A DNA stretch of 63,500 nucleotides, counting the filler, from Collodictyon triciliatum (Eukaryota), in the NCBI GenBank assembly GCA_043381765.1. It is 10 parts of 10 records of this genome, joined end to end, with 100 filler letters (N's around TTAATTAATTAA, not from the genome) between each part and the next. Parts side by side here need not be neighbours in the genome. Positions count along the whole stretch, not along the records: positions 1 to 6,667 come from JBHJMP010004321.1; positions 6,768 to 13,435 come from JBHJMP010004322.1; 8 more parts are not named here. One strand, 5' to 3'. Made by a program: the position numbers and the translations under genes. Under the pieces are notes generated by a model. That model did no database searches, was not told where the DNA came from, and saw only the letters and a program-made list of their open reading frames with translations. Positions 1 to 13,535 of the stretch are shown one piece after another (the first letter of the stretch is position 1; the number at the start of each line of letters is the position of its first letter).

Positions 1-72
<72 letters not shown>

Positions 73-1319
73 GGATTTATTGAGTTGTTATAGTTTTAAT
101 TGGTTTTCCTTCCTCTTGTCCGTCATTTACACGCCAAGCTTCTGAATCTCTTTTCTATGTTAAATTCCCACATTTCTCTTCCAAATGTCTGACACCATTT
201 ACTCTGGCTTATATCTTTCTATATTTCTATCTTTTCTATCTTTTCTATCTTTTCTATCTTTTCTATCTTTTCTATCTTTTCTTTTTTTAAAACATCAGTA
301 TTCTTTTTTTTCTTTCATTTTGTGAAACGTCAGTATTCTTTTTTTTCTTTCATTTTGTGAAACGTGATAGAGGTTTTGGNNNNNNNNNNNNNNNNNNNNN
401 NNNNNNNNNNNNNNNNNNNNNNNNNNNNNNNNNNNNNNNNNNNNNNNNNNNNNNNNNNNNNNNNNNNNNNNNNNNNNNNNNNNNNNNNNNNNNNNNNNNN
501 NNNNNNNNNNNNNNNNNNNNNNNNNNNNNNNNNNNNNNNNNNNNNNNNNNNNNNNNNNNNNNNNNNNNNNNNNNNNNNNNNNNNNNNNNNNNNNNNNNNN
601 NNNNNNNNNNNNNNNNNNNNNNNNNNNNNNNNNNNNNNNNNNNNNNNNNNNNNNNNNNNNNNNNNNNNNNNNNNNNNNNNNNNNNNNNNNNNNNNNNNNN
701 NNNNNNNNNNNNNNNNNNNNNNNNNNNNNNNNNNNNNNNNNNNNNNNNTTCCCCCAAAGCGCTCTATATTAATTTGATTGCAGCGCACACCATGACTGCA
801 ATATATGATGGCATTTATGACGCAAATGTCAAATTTTTTTTTTTCGAATAGGACTTCAGTGTCGTATCGGCAATTCAGAAGGCCAAATCCGCTTTTAAGT
901 CGTAGTTTTTGAACCACCACCTCTTACATGTATGTTTGTCTGGGCTTTTCCATTTCTTCCACATCAAACACAAGTCCTTAATCTAAAGCGCCAATCAATG
1001 AGGCAATAGATAGAGTAAAAAAAATTAAAGTTTTTTCGGCCAAGACAAATAATTTTTGCACCCACGTATTTCTATCAAAAGTACATGGAAAACTGAAGTG
1101 CGAGAGTATAGATGGCCAAAAAAGAAAGAAAAAAGGCTTGAAAATATATGAACAATAAAGGGGCAAGTTCGATAGTTATTTTTATGGGATATTTAAAAAT
1201 TATCTGTATCGAAGAGGAACAACAAATGTAGAGTTTTGATATAAAAAATGATAGTGAAATCGTGATTCCACATCCAAGTATCCCAATAGCAGTATTAATC
1301 CCAATTGTTCTCGTAATTT

Positions 1320-3125
1320 TCAAGGAATCCACTTTTTCTTCTCGCAGAATTTTTCCAAGTATATACCCAATAACATGCTTGCCGTGAATATCAAAGGCCC
1401 GATACTGCCGCTGGCAATACCAACAATAGCTGGGCCTGGACATAACCCTGCTATCCCCCAACCTAATAGAATCAGCAAATCAGAAAACGATCTATCTGCA
1501 CAGTAAGATTTTTTGAAGGATATTATGATTTAAACTTCACCGGATCCAAATAACGTGGCGCCTACCACAAGTTTGGCATCAATCACTTTGTTATTTGGTA
1601 CTGTAAACTTCTTCGCACAAACTGGCTTATCGAGTTTCAGGATATAGTGAAATGCTGTCACATTAATAGTAACCTAATATTTCATATATTATCATGGAAC
1701 TACTCTAATCTCAATATCTCGGACTGCACACTGAAAATCAAATTCATCACAAGACATAGAAAAAAAAGTATTACCCCAACACCCATAACAAATGCAAGCG
1801 AGGAATCCCATTCATCGATAAAGTTCAGGAAGCTGAGCACTTTATCTGGCTCTGTCCTGTTTATTGTACAATAATATGCTCATTTTATTTCGTATTTCAC
1901 CTTGTAGTTAAATTTCTGTAGATGTGGTGAAGAGAAAAATCTATTGTGTTGCTTGACTCACATTCCACTTAGGCACAGCCCCACCGCAAATATGAACCCA
2001 AAAACTACGCAATATGCATCGTAAAACCATGGGGCATTCCTGGATGAGACTTGGTCTTGGCTGCATGAGAGTAAAGATCTCTGATCAATCAAGGGCAATA
2101 TAGTTCGCAATGAAGACCTTTAATTTTCAATACCTCTCGCTCTTGTCTAGAAGCAAGTCTTTTTTTGGCATCTGCATCCAGGCGATTACGATTAAGGCGG
2201 CAGCAAGTACTATGGAGACTTCACTGTAGAGCATGCCATTGAATCTGTTATGTTCAATGTATGCAACAACTTCGTGTTATAATTTAAATATTATATCATG
2301 CTTACCCGAAATATGGTATATCCGGAATATCGGCATTTTTTTGGGATGATGGCAGCAGCTTGCTCCTTCCAATAGAAAAGAGAGATCCAAAAAACATAAA
2401 GAATCCTATGGCCACAAATGATCGAATCGAAAAGCGTGATAGTCCACACAGACCGTGGCCACTAGTGCATCCGTTAGACATCTAATCGATGATTTTTTTT
2501 ACCAAAAAAATTGCATTATTTTCATGGCATGAGCTCGCCAAGGATGAGTAGTTGATTGCTTCATAACTATGTATGATGATTGATTGATGGGAACTAACCA
2601 TAGCGCCAAATCCAACTATGAGGCCAGCAACTAAAGTAAGTGGAATACTTGTTGTGTAGGGGCCTAACCAGTCAGCTCCGGATATCTTTATCAGCCAGCC
2701 ACCCATAATCAAACCTGAAATGAAGTAGAGTCTATGTGTTTGGTATTAGAAGGATGCAGCTCGAATCATTTTTTCCTTTATTCGATTCAAAGTATGTAGC
2801 TCGAATCATAAATGTATTCTGCGAATTCAGACCTCCACGATCGTTCGTCGTTGGGTATCACAAAAGCATTTGCGACGATTCCACTTATACCTGTCTATAC
2901 CAATATATATGAGGTCTTTACATACACCATAGAATACTTTGCATTCGGGTTCATTATTCATAATACTTTTTCCTAAAATATTGCAGGTGGTAGATGGAAA
3001 AATTGCAGATATAGTTGTATAAGTAGTATTTATACTATTCTCCCAAAGAGGTACAAATTCATCAATGTGGAGACAGCCAAAACAGCTCCACCGACAGACG
3101 GGAGTAGGGGATCAAAAACAACCAT
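1320..3125 (-). CDS. Fused YeeE/YedE-family (thiosulfate/sulfur transporter, TsuA-like) membrane protein, multi-exon
   Basis: Manual splicing gives [41 protein letters not shown]...[11 protein letters not shown]...[20 protein letters not shown] (first half), then GLCLSGM...[21 protein letters not shown]...[27 protein letters not shown] (second half). These are the family's signature motifs. Internal exon boundaries are approximate. Confidence 0.85.
2754..2809 (-). mobile_element. 24-nt micro-retroinsertion (2770-2793) with 16-bp TSD, in an intron
   Basis: atgcagctcgaatcat [tttttcctttattcgattcaaagt] atgtagctcgaatcat. Confidence 0.8.
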
Positions 3126-4512
3126 GTGCTAGTGTTTTGTAAATGTACCGATGCCTCAAGAACTTCTGGAACTTTTTACGTTGAAGTAAGAAAAAAAAAG
3201 GATAACTAGAGTTGGCGTGCTCGCTAAAGAAGAAGCCTGTTTTCGACGTGTATAGGACTGATTGATAAAAGGAAATATATGATTAAAAATGCATATTCAG
3301 GAACGCGTATTTTTTCTTTTTTTTCTTTTTTCTCTTTTTTCTCTTTTTTCTCTTTTTTCTCTTTTTTCTCTTTTTTCTCTTTTTTCTCTTTTTTCTCTTT
3401 TTTCTCTTTTTTCTCTTTTTTCTTTTTTTCTTTTTTTCTTTTTTTCTTTTTTTCTTTTTTTCTTTTTTCTTTTACTTCTACTTTTCTTTATTTGCTGATC
3501 CTTATTAAGACTATTGAGAGAATAACTGCTCATTAGGATTTATTTTCTCTCAATGAACTGTTGAAAAGAAACCAAAAAAAAAAAAACTGCTCATTGGGAT
3601 TTAAACATTTGTTTTCCAAAGATACTCTGCTCTCATCTGAATGGCCCGAGATTATTGACTGGAAATGTCGCTCTGCTATGTTGGTGGGCCGTGTCTTTGG
3701 TTATGGTGGCGCCACGAACCGAACAAACTGCGTCTCAGACGCGTCCGCATGGCCTTGGATAACAGGTAACCGCTCGACTCTTTGCGGTGCATTCTCAAGT
3801 GTGTTTTTATATCCCAAAGCACCAGCACGGGAAATGCGTTTTCGCCACGTCCGGGTAAATTCGATCTTTTTTTTTTTCGGCGATAACATTTAGCCTAAAG
3901 TCTATCAAAAAAAAAATTGCACCGTAGCTATTACTAATTGTGGCTCTTTTTCTAATTAACAATTTAATTTTTTACCAGCCTATCTATGTGTTTGTCATTC
4001 TTTGTTACTTTTTTAAAGGCAGCTTTGTTTGCGCCCTAATGTCGAAAGAGAAAGATAATCGCCTGGTATTTCTTCTAGTACATGACTTGTTTAGTCCCCA
4101 CTATTACCACGTCAACCGAATATCATAAGTATTCTTTTGATTTCATTTAAAGTTTATGTAAAGAAAAAAGTATCTTTACAATAATAAAAAAAAAACGAAA
4201 AATACATTTGCCTCTAGGACAAAAATGAGCTGGGACAAGACAGTAGAAACCCCCCGGATTCTGTGGTTGGAGTTATTGTGTTTTGGGTGTAAGAAAAAGA
4301 AAAAAAAGATAGAAAGGAGATGAAAGTGGTCTCACAAGCAGACTATTCTACCCAAGGTGATTCAGCCCCAGTGTCTTTCTGGTTGTATTCGAGACTGATA
4401 GAAGAGCGGATAAAGTTGCCGGGTCGATGAAAGTTCGCACATGGCAGTTACTTTGAATATCGATTCCGACGAGTCCATTCAACCATCTATCTCAGACAAG
4501 GTTTACATCCTA

Positions 4513-5889
4513 TTACATTCCACTGGATGAGTCTTTTGAGAGGAACAACAAGTCGCTTTCCTTGCGTTTCTTGCTGGGCGACCCAGACAAAAAGCGATAC
4601 ATTGTTGTTTGTGTGGTATTATCGGAAGTGGCGCTTGACCGTCCCCTGGTTTCGGAGCCATGCGTAGCCGGCAATCGACTTTGCTTAACCAGAGTATGGA
4701 TACGCGTTTGTGGTTTTAGAAACATACACTCCTGCTTGCTCGGACTGTCTTTGGTGTGCGAAGTTCCAAGCTTGGATTCGATTTGTGCTGTCTCCTCTTG
4801 CTCCTTGGTTCTCGGTGCGACGGGCTGGGGCAGGATAAACGGACTATCTTTGGTGGGCGCTGGTTCTTGTGTTGCCTTCGCTTTAGAGTATCCTTTCGGA
4901 TAAGTAACGAAGACTGCCTTGAGGCCTCCTATGTTAACCATACTAACGTCATTCTGAATGGGTAGTTTAAGGGGATTTCTTTCGGGGTTTGGAGATGCGC
5001 TGCTCTTGGGTCTTGCGATGTGCGGGCTTGTCCGGTGTTGGCGGTGAAGGACTCGAGTGCGAGGATTCTGAAGAGGAACCGAGATTTCCTTCATATCACC
5101 GTCATCATCGTCGCTGTATGCGCGTATCTTCTGTGAGTCTTGCGGGCTCAGTTGTTGCCTGGCCTTGGCTTCCTTGTCTCCGTTGCTGCTTGTCTGCTTG
5201 GCAGGTGTATTCTTTTGCGGGGCTTTTACTTGTCGTTCGTTGTTCGTGGCTGGCGGATGCTCTTTGAGGATGCGCTTTGGACACTTTTTGCCCATGGCCG
5301 TAAACTTTGCAGAGGGCTGATTCTTGTGACAAAGAAGCTTCACCACGGCCGTGTCTGTGAAGAAGCCTTTTCCTTTTTTTATCTCTACGTGGGTCGGTCT
5401 GAACGGCTTCAGCTCCTCACGAATGAGTTGCGGCCACACGTCCAGCGGTAGTTGGTAGATCATCACCGAGGTCTCTGTTGGTTTACTTCTGCTGAAGCTG
5501 ATTGTAATATCGCTCAAACTTACTTGCCTCAGTTCCAGAAGCTTTCGGGCGTTCTCTGCAGTGCGGAAGGCAATCAGGCAAAGGCCTTAGATGTCTGGTA
5601 AGCGCAATTGGTTGGACCCTTCCCAAAGTTTGTTCGCTTTCAAGATGGAGGCGAGCGCATCTGTGAGCCTGCGGGCCTTGTTCTTGTTGTAAACGACTTG
5701 CTCGACCCCGTGAAAGAATCCTTTCCGCTCAGACAGACATGCAGGCGGCCTCCATGCACGGGTCTTCCTGGACTTACGTGAAACTTGGGGTTTTTCCGCG
5801 CCAGTGTTGGAACCAGAATAACTGGCTGCAACTTGCAAAGCCTTCGATGTGTCTCGGCCTACGTTTTCGTCGCGGCTCGTGTTTTCCAT
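4513..5889 (-). pseudogene. Intronless ~458-codon frame with one in-frame TAA (5587-5589); resembles ORF1 (gag-like, RRM-type) of an L1/Tx1 non-LTR retrotransposon
   Basis: ORFs 5587..6177 and 4513..5517 are in the same frame. The segment LIAFRTAENARKLLELRQVSLSDITISF...TSVMIYQLPLDVWPQLIREELKPF fits the LINE ORF1 pattern and is followed by a long disordered tail. No ORF2 is visible downstream. Confidence 0.4.
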
Positions 5890-6182
5890 CAGGCGCGGGA
5901 AGCTTGATATAAAACATTGACGGATTCTTGCATTGCATATCTTATCATTGCTACCCGCTTTTCTTCCGCCGGATAAACAAATAATAATGAAAATAATGAA
6001 AATAATGAAAATAATGAAAATAATGAAAATAATGAAAATAAAAACAAAAATAATGATAATAGTAGTAAAAAAATAAACAAAAAAAAAAAGGCAAACATCC
6101 AGCGAACCCCTCCTTCTAACAACCAAGCTCAACGAGGGAAACACGGGGTTTTCCCAGGCCAGCGACTGTATCCACACATAAG

Positions 6183-6510
6183 ATGCAGAAGATCATTCTG
6201 GGCTCCTCCAGCGAGTTCCGTAGGGCACTCGTGCGCAAGTTCTTCCGCGAGGAGATCGACACCGCCTCGCCTGACATCGACGGTACGCCACCATCGAACA
6301 CAGCAGCCGCTGCTCACAAACATGACTGTGGCGTCCTCACTTATCCACCCTTCGCTGCTCCGCCAACCTGCAGAAAAGGCGATTCGCCGTGATGATCCGA
6401 GTGACTTGGTGACGGCCATCGCCCTTGCTAAAGCCGAAGCTTTGGTTCCGCGGCTGGCTGCCTCAGGCTCAGACTCAGACTCAGGCGCCATCCTCATCAC
6501 GAGCGATCAG
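6183..6510 (+). CDS. maf: Maf-family nucleoside triphosphate pyrophosphatase, 5' part (truncated at contig end)
   Basis: MQKIILGSSSEFRRALV...SPDID/EKAIRRDDPSDLVTAIALAKAEAL...ILITSDQ. GT-AG intron at 6283-6373. Confidence 0.85.
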
Positions 6511-6667
6511 GTCTTATGGTGCTTGAAGCAAACATGACACATTATATCTCCTATCATATCATATCATATCATATCATCTCATCTCATCTCATCTCATCTC
6601 ATCTCATCTCATCTCATCTCATCTCATCTCATCTCATCTCATCTCATCTCATCTCATCTCATCTCAT

Positions 6668-6767
6668 NNNNNNNNNNNNNNNNNNNNNNNNNNNNNNNNN
6701 NNNNNNNNNNNTTAATTAATTAANNNNNNNNNNNNNNNNNNNNNNNNNNNNNNNNNNNNNNNNNNNN
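6668..6767. other. Artificial contig linker N-TTAATTAATTAA-N (nine in the window)
   Basis: Identical six-frame-stop 12-mer inside N runs at 6712, 13480, 20248, 27009, 33776, 40539, 45048, 51809 and 58567. Confidence 0.98.
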
Positions 6768-7026
6768 AAAGAAAAGAAAAGAAAAGAAAAGAAAAGAAAA
6801 GAAAAGAAAAGAAAAGAAAAGAAAAGAAAAGAAAAGAAAAGAAAAGAAAAGAAAAGAAAACAAAACGAAACAAAAGAAAACAAAAAACAAAATTTAATTT
6901 GCTTTTCATCTATCTAAAATTCATGTTATCATTATCTTCATGACTTATTCGATCTATATAATGTTATTTTATTCATGATTCTCTCTCTCTTTTTTTTGTT
7001 TGTTTGTTTGTTTTGTAAAATTCAGC

Positions 7027-10000
7027 GAATATATGTTAAATAATCTGTCTCATCTTTGACCAATACTGCCTGTTGAAATATACAGAATGATAATTTTTCG
7101 CTGCGTAAACAATGTGATTCTCTGACAGAGGCCAATAAGAGACTAAAAGAAGAAGTTGATCATGTATACCGTTTCTTCAAAATTTAATATAATCAACATA
7201 TGGTCCATACCCAACAAAAATCATCGACATATTTTTTTCTGAAATTGAAGTGGATGCATGTTTCGAATAAAGGAGAACAAAAGAAGTAAATGCATGATTG
7301 TAGGTAAAAAACGAAAATGACCAATTGTTTAAATTCATGGGGTCTGAGGTTACTCATTCCGTAAAGTAACTTTTGAAATTATTCTCTCTTAAATTTCTTT
7401 CAACAGCAAAATAACAAAATGTAATGTAACAAAAGAATTTTATATTATTGATATTTCCAGTTTAACTAAAACACAAATGTGCCAAAATTTTCTCAATCGT
7501 GTGCAACTAGAACCGGCCATATAAGTGAGAAGCAAACAACGTCGAGTGAGCTCCAAAGTTTGAAAGAAACAAAAATTAGGCTGTCCTTTCAGGTTCGCTG
7601 GATTTAAAATCAAACACACAAATATTGGAAAACCCATGAAAAGGTCCGATGTATAGGATAATATTTTTTTTTTTAAAATAATTGATCATTTATCATGGAG
7701 ACGTCCAATACTCACATGGCACAAATATTGAGTATTCCTGTCCCGTCATTTACCTCTATTCTCATATCATACTTTTTATATATACGCTTGGATAATTAGA
7801 TAGACAAAATAAAAAAGAAGCTAACAGAAACGGAAAAAGAATGTGAGACCGTCAAAAGGCTGAACACGTTGCTGAACATTCAAAACCAGAGGCTGAAGGC
7901 ACATATTCCAGAGAATATGCATGGGGCTATATTCCTTGCTGATTACAATACAACTACAAATACCACAGCCACAGGGTATGTGAATACACAAGGGAGCACT
8001 CGATCACTCCCAGATAGAGGTGTAAGTCCTTCGCAGATTGCGCCCAAGAAAAAAAAAGAGCCAGAAAGGAAGTACTCTGGTTCAGAGTCTGAAATTCAAG
8101 TTGAACTTTCAGAAACACAAAGCATATTAAAGCATGAATTACAAGCCAAGGAAGCCTTGCTGGCGTTGAATGAAAGCCTAAAAAGAGAACTTGAAGATGC
8201 AAGAAAAATTAGTGACGAAAAGTAAATTTTTACTTATTTTCACCAAAAAATTTTTACTTTTTTTTTTTTGTGTTGTTTCAGTGTAATCTTTTCTCGGCAG
8301 AAGAAAAATGCGGTGCAAAACTAAAATTCGGAATGATAAATTAAATCAATTTCGAAATTACGCAATTTTTTTATGGATATTAATTAACGTTTGTTTGTTT
8401 GTTTGTTTGTTTGTTTGTTTGTTTGTTTGTTTGTTTGTTTGTTTGTTTGTTTGTTTGTTTGTTTGTTTGTTTGTTTGTTTGTTTCTTTTTTAAAAAAAGG
8501 AAAAAAGTCGAGGAAATTGCCACGACTCAACAGAAACGTATCTCTGAACTACTTGTCGCTGCCGAAGAAATGGACCAGATTGTATTGAATTCAAAAGCGA
8601 AAGTTCAAGAGCAAAATACCAGAATACAGGTAATTTACCTTCTCATGATGTAATGATTTGTAGACATATGAATTAAAAATATGTCTCTAACCATGCAATA
8701 CTGTAATAGAGTATCATTAACTCTTATATGAAGTTGAAATTGGGAAATATTTACATATTGTTTAGATTTTGGAGTCTTGTAACAAGAATCTGGAATCTGA
8801 AATTATTAAAAAAGAAGATGAAATACTGAAGCATTTGAATGATATCCAACAACTTCGACAACAAATGATGGACATTACTGACAAACACGAAGCAGCCTCC
8901 CAAAACTATCAGTCCGACAAACAAAGAATTCAATCAACTACTGAGAGACTTCAAAAGCAAATCGAGTTGTTCAGAGAAGAGACTCTCAAGTGGAAGGAAA
9001 AATATGAATCTGAAGAAAAGGTTATTCTCATACTGAAGCAGTTCAAAGAGACGTTGACGAGTCAAATCATGGAATGATTAATTTTTAATAATTTTTAACG
9101 ATTATCATTGCCTTTTCTCCTTCGAATAAAGGAAAAAAATCATTTCCTTTTCTCTATCAAATATGTTTACAATTTATTTAAAAATTTTCATACACGCAAT
9201 TAAAATATAGATATTGGTATTCACGTGATTTATATTATAAGGTGCGCGGATCATACCAAGTGCAGGTTAATCAGCTCCAGGAAGAGCTCATCATCAGAGG
9301 AATAAATATCCAACAGCTTAGCACTAGCATGGAGGACTATGATAAGTTATACGGAATTGTTAATCAACAAGTATCAAGACTTTTGAAATTGGCAGAGTCA
9401 TACAATGCAGAGGTTCAGACTAGCAATTTGCCAGGGTCACGGTCTCTCATCTTGCCAGAACGCTTCGAAAGCCGCTATCAATCTGATGTAGCACAATATT
9501 TTGAGATGATCGGATACACTTTCCAATCTTGTATCAAAGGTTTGTCATAAACTGGTTACTCTAGTGCAATTATTGTTTTTTCTCTTTAATAATCGAATGC
9601 AAGAAACGTGATTTTTCCCAAAATTAGAATTAAATTAATAACAACAATAAAATTAATAACAAAAATAACAAAAAAAAGCCACAAAGATAACAAAAATAAC
9701 AAAAATAACAAAAATAACAATAACAACAATAACAACAAGAACAACAAGAACAAGAACAACAAGAACAAGAACACCAAGAACAAGAACAACAAGAACAACA
9801 AGAACAACAATAAAGATATAAAAATAAAGATATAAAAATAAAGATATAAAAATAAAGATATAAAAATAAAGATATAAAAATAAAGATATAAAAATAAAGA
9901 TATAAAATAAAGATATAAAATAAAGATATAAAAAAAGATAATGAAAATAATAATAATAAAAATACCAATAATAACGCATAGAAATATAAACACATGCGCA

Positions 10001-11975
10001 AATTCTCTCTTACTTTTTTCTTCTTCTATTAGAATATCAGTCGATAAAATGTATATCTGAAGAGATGAAAGCAGACTTGGATGAAAAAGTGATAGTCATA
10101 AGTGAGGTCAATCAGGAAAACCTTAATCTACGTGGAGAACTACAACAGAATTCCATCGACCAGTTTCGGTCAGTAAAAGCAGTAAAAGGCACACATGCGC
10201 CGATTAATCCACCCGCACAAGGCTCACGAAAAGAACATACACCAGGGGAGTTGAATCGCTTACTTGACCAAACAAGAGCCGAGCTCCTCCGTTCTCAAAG
10301 AATTATCGAATCGCAACAGACTACCGAGGACAATCTAAAACGAGAAGCAAGCAACCTCAGAAAAGACGTTTCGATGCGGGAAGAGGATGTAAATAAGCTC
10401 CAAAATCAGGTGCGCAATCTTGGGCACCAGCTGCAACAGTTAGACGAAAGCCATCGTCAAAACAAGCGAGAGCTGGCTTCCAAGCAAACTGCTTTGATGC
10501 AATCGCAAGAAGATGTGCGCAATCTCCACCAGAAGCTCGAGAAACAGCGACTTGTTGAAGCTGACTTGCGAGCGAAGCTTGAAAAATTAGTGGCTTTGGT
10601 CTCCGCCGAACGCTCCAGTTTGCATCAAATGGTCGGAAGCTTGGTTAATCAAGGCGTACCATCAAATGTCTCGGCAATATCAGTTGTGGAGGAAGGCGAT
10701 GGAGCGGCACAGTCTCGTTTGACTCTCGAGCAGATAATGGAGGGCGGGCCAAGAGGCTTGAAAGGGGCAAAAGAAGTTGCAGAAACTCAGTTGGCACGGG
10801 AAAGGAATCCGTTTATTCCACCCGACTTGATTCTATCTGGCGAAAATGAAGCACAAAACGGAACAGACAGCAACGCGGCAAACAGTGCGCATGACGGACA
10901 GCGCCGAAACAGCAGGTCGAGACGGTCTTTGAATCGTGTTGTTGAGAAAGCCACCACCCAGCTCGTGCTTGAAAGCATGGAGCACGCAGCTGCAAAGTCT
11001 GAGATATCATTATTACAGACCGAGTTGGAGGAGTTTGCGCAGGAGCTTCAAAATATGGATGCACAGTCAGGCTCGTTTTCTTCGTCGGTTCAGTCGCCCA
11101 TGATGTATTTGAATCAGTCGCAGAGCGGCATGGGCAACTCTACACTTGGAGAGAAATCCCTGCATAGTTCTGTGCCCGTAGTGACTTTGGATTTGACCCG
11201 CGATGAAGCAGGTCATTTTGGACATGAGGAGAGTCTGACACCAGCACATCCGCAATACGCACCTGTGATGAAAGAGTTCAAGAATAAGATGGCTTTGATA
11301 ATCGAGCATCTTGTTGAGACGTCAGCCTTGCGTTCCTTCCGTGATGAAATCATCCGCTGGAATGCAAAATACCAGAGGCAGCTGCATGACCTGATTCTTT
11401 ACGTAGAGTCCTTGGAAAGTAATGTAAGTTGTATCTCTGTTTGTGTGTACGAATCCCTTTTGGCTTTCTTCATTTCTTATATCCGCACCATCCAGAGATT
11501 CTCATAGCCAGAGTTTCGTCTTTTGCTCTCCAAGAATGTTTATCTTGTTTTGTACTTGTAACGTAGTGTGCGGAATACAAAGAAATGCTGCTGCAGGAAA
11601 GCAAAAAATCCAGCCAACTTGAATCAGAGCTGCATGTATCTTGCGCTTCTTTTTCATTCTAAACATGCACATGTCATGGGATATTCACTGAGCGCAAAGT
11701 ATATGTTTGTTTCGATTCACACACACACACATTCACGCGTTTGCATTCTGCAATAGAAAGAAGCAGACAAGCGGCGGCAAGTAGAGGCTGCCAAAAGCCT
11801 CTCGGACGCAGAACTCAGACTCATGCGCATGCAAATGACAAACACAACTACGCAGGCGCATACAACGCAGAGCAGAGCATCGTCTCGGGCGAGTTCGCCA
11901 CTCAGCCGCAAACTATCCTTCGATTCGCTGTCTTCTAATCCCGGACGACGGTTCTCAACACGAGACAACAACTGA
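7027..11975 (+). CDS. Long coiled-coil protein of unknown family, multi-exon, 5'-partial
   Basis: Successive heptad-rich E/Q/K/L exons (7800-8222, 8500-8629, 8766-9020, 9242-9539, 10033-11422, 11757-11975) separated by AT-rich introns; ends ...RRFSTRDNN*. Confidence 0.65.
7247..7296 (+). mobile_element. 22-nt micro-retroinsertion (7261-7282) with 14-bp TSD (2 mismatches)
   Basis: gaagtggatgcatg [tttcgaataaaggagaacaaaa] gaagtaaatgcatg. Confidence 0.65.
9104..9154 (+). mobile_element. 19-nt micro-retroinsertion (9120-9138) with 16-bp TSD (1 mismatch), in an intron
   Basis: atcattgccttttctc [cttcgaataaaggaaaaaa] atcatttccttttctc. Confidence 0.75.
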
Positions 11976-12382
11976 CAAACGCGAGCGTCTCACCCTTTCG
12001 CTATTCTTTAGAAGAAAAAACGAGAAGAAAAGACAGAAAAAGTCCATTCTTTCAGCTTTTGCTTATTCGCCAACAAGTACCTATGATGTACGCCGCTTGT
12101 ATATTAACCGCACGATGAAACGCGCTTCCCTTCCACGCATCCTGGCGGCTCTTTGCGTCAAACTGACACTGCTCATAAAAAGCTCCATGCATCCATCTCC
12201 CCGCATAAAAGATATATGAAAAAAAAAGAAAAGAAAAGAAAGAAAGAAGTCGCAACATAAACAAACAAACAAACAAACAAACAAACAAACAAACAAACAA
12301 ACAAACAACCAAAAAGCGAGCATCATTTATACACATCAGGCCGGGATATATATCGAAAAGAGAAAGGAGGGATTTAACTCTC

Positions 12383-12853
12383 TTAAGCGCGCCCGCATGT
12401 CGCGTGAGAGTCCACAGACGCGAGTGCCTCCTTCACTTTGAGAAGTTGGCTCTGCTTGCGTCGGATCACAAGGATGTTTTCCTCCACAGCCTGCTGCAGG
12501 TCAGGGTCGCTCGGGTCAAAGTCTAGCATTTCTCGGTTGGATCGCTCCAGGTGGGCGATTGCGTTTTCCAGCTCGAAGCGGTCACGTTCGAGAGTCGGGA
12601 TATCTGCAGAGACGGGCGCGGAGTACAACGCGTGGGTTGGCTCAGCGGCCTTTGCAAGAGATGCGGATGAAGCAGAAGGCAGTGTTTGTTGGGGACTCGG
12701 GTGATTGTGAGGGGTGGCAGGTTGGCTTTGACTCTGGCTTTGGCTTTGGCTTTGGCTTTGATTTTGATTTTGCTTTCGTCGGGTCAGGTACACACCATCA
12801 AAGACTTGGATTTCTTCTTCGTGGGTGGCAAGGTTGCTTCTGTTGGTTGACAT
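12383..12853 (-). CDS. Tma17/Adc17-like small protein
   Basis: FELENAIAHLERSNREM...DPDLQQAVEENILVIRRK resembles the fungal Tma17/Adc17 core (E-I/L-EN-x-I-x-HL-x-RSN ... ENxxV). Recognised from memory only. Confidence 0.5.
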   Translation of the reverse strand: MSTNRSNLATHEEEIQVFDGVYLTRRKQNQNQSQSQSQSQSQSQPATPHNHPSPQQTLPSASSASLAKAAEPTHALYSAPVSADIPTLERDRFELENAIAHLERSNREMLDFDPSDPDLQQAVEENILVIRRKQSQLLKVKEALASVDSHATCGRA

Positions 12854-13245
12854 CACCTGGAAGGAGTCAGGATAAAAGAAAAGGAGTGGATGAAAGCTGT
12901 GTGAAAGTCGGGCGTGAGAAACGAGATGGAGAGACTCGGTTGTGTTGTGGAATCGTTATTGTTTGTTCTCTTCGTCTCTCTTGATTGATGGTCTTTGTGG
13001 TGATTCGTTCTTGTACCGATCTTTTATTATTTTATCTGTTTAAATGCTGCATAATTGACGGAATCTGTTTTCTTTCCTTCTTTTCTTTTTTCCTTTTTCC
13101 TTATCCTTTTTCCTTTTTTCTTTTTTCTGTCTTTTTTCTATCTTTTTCATATCTTTTTTCCTTTTTTCTTTTCATCATTTCTTTTTTCTTTTCCCTTTCT
13201 TTTCCCTATTTTTCTTCCTTTTTTCATTTCTTTTCTCTTTTCATT

Positions 13246-13412
<167 letters not shown>

Positions 13413-13535
13413 TTGCTTGCCTTGGTTGAGGGCGGNNNNNNNNNNNNNNNNNNNNNNNNNNNNNNNNNNNNNNNNNNNNTTAATTAATTAANNNNNNNNN
13501 NNNNNNNNNNNNNNNNNNNNNNNNNNNNNNNNNNN

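Noticed and set aside
296-365. Exact 35-bp tandem duplication
   Set aside because: Adjacent to an N gap; likely a gap-edge assembly artefact.
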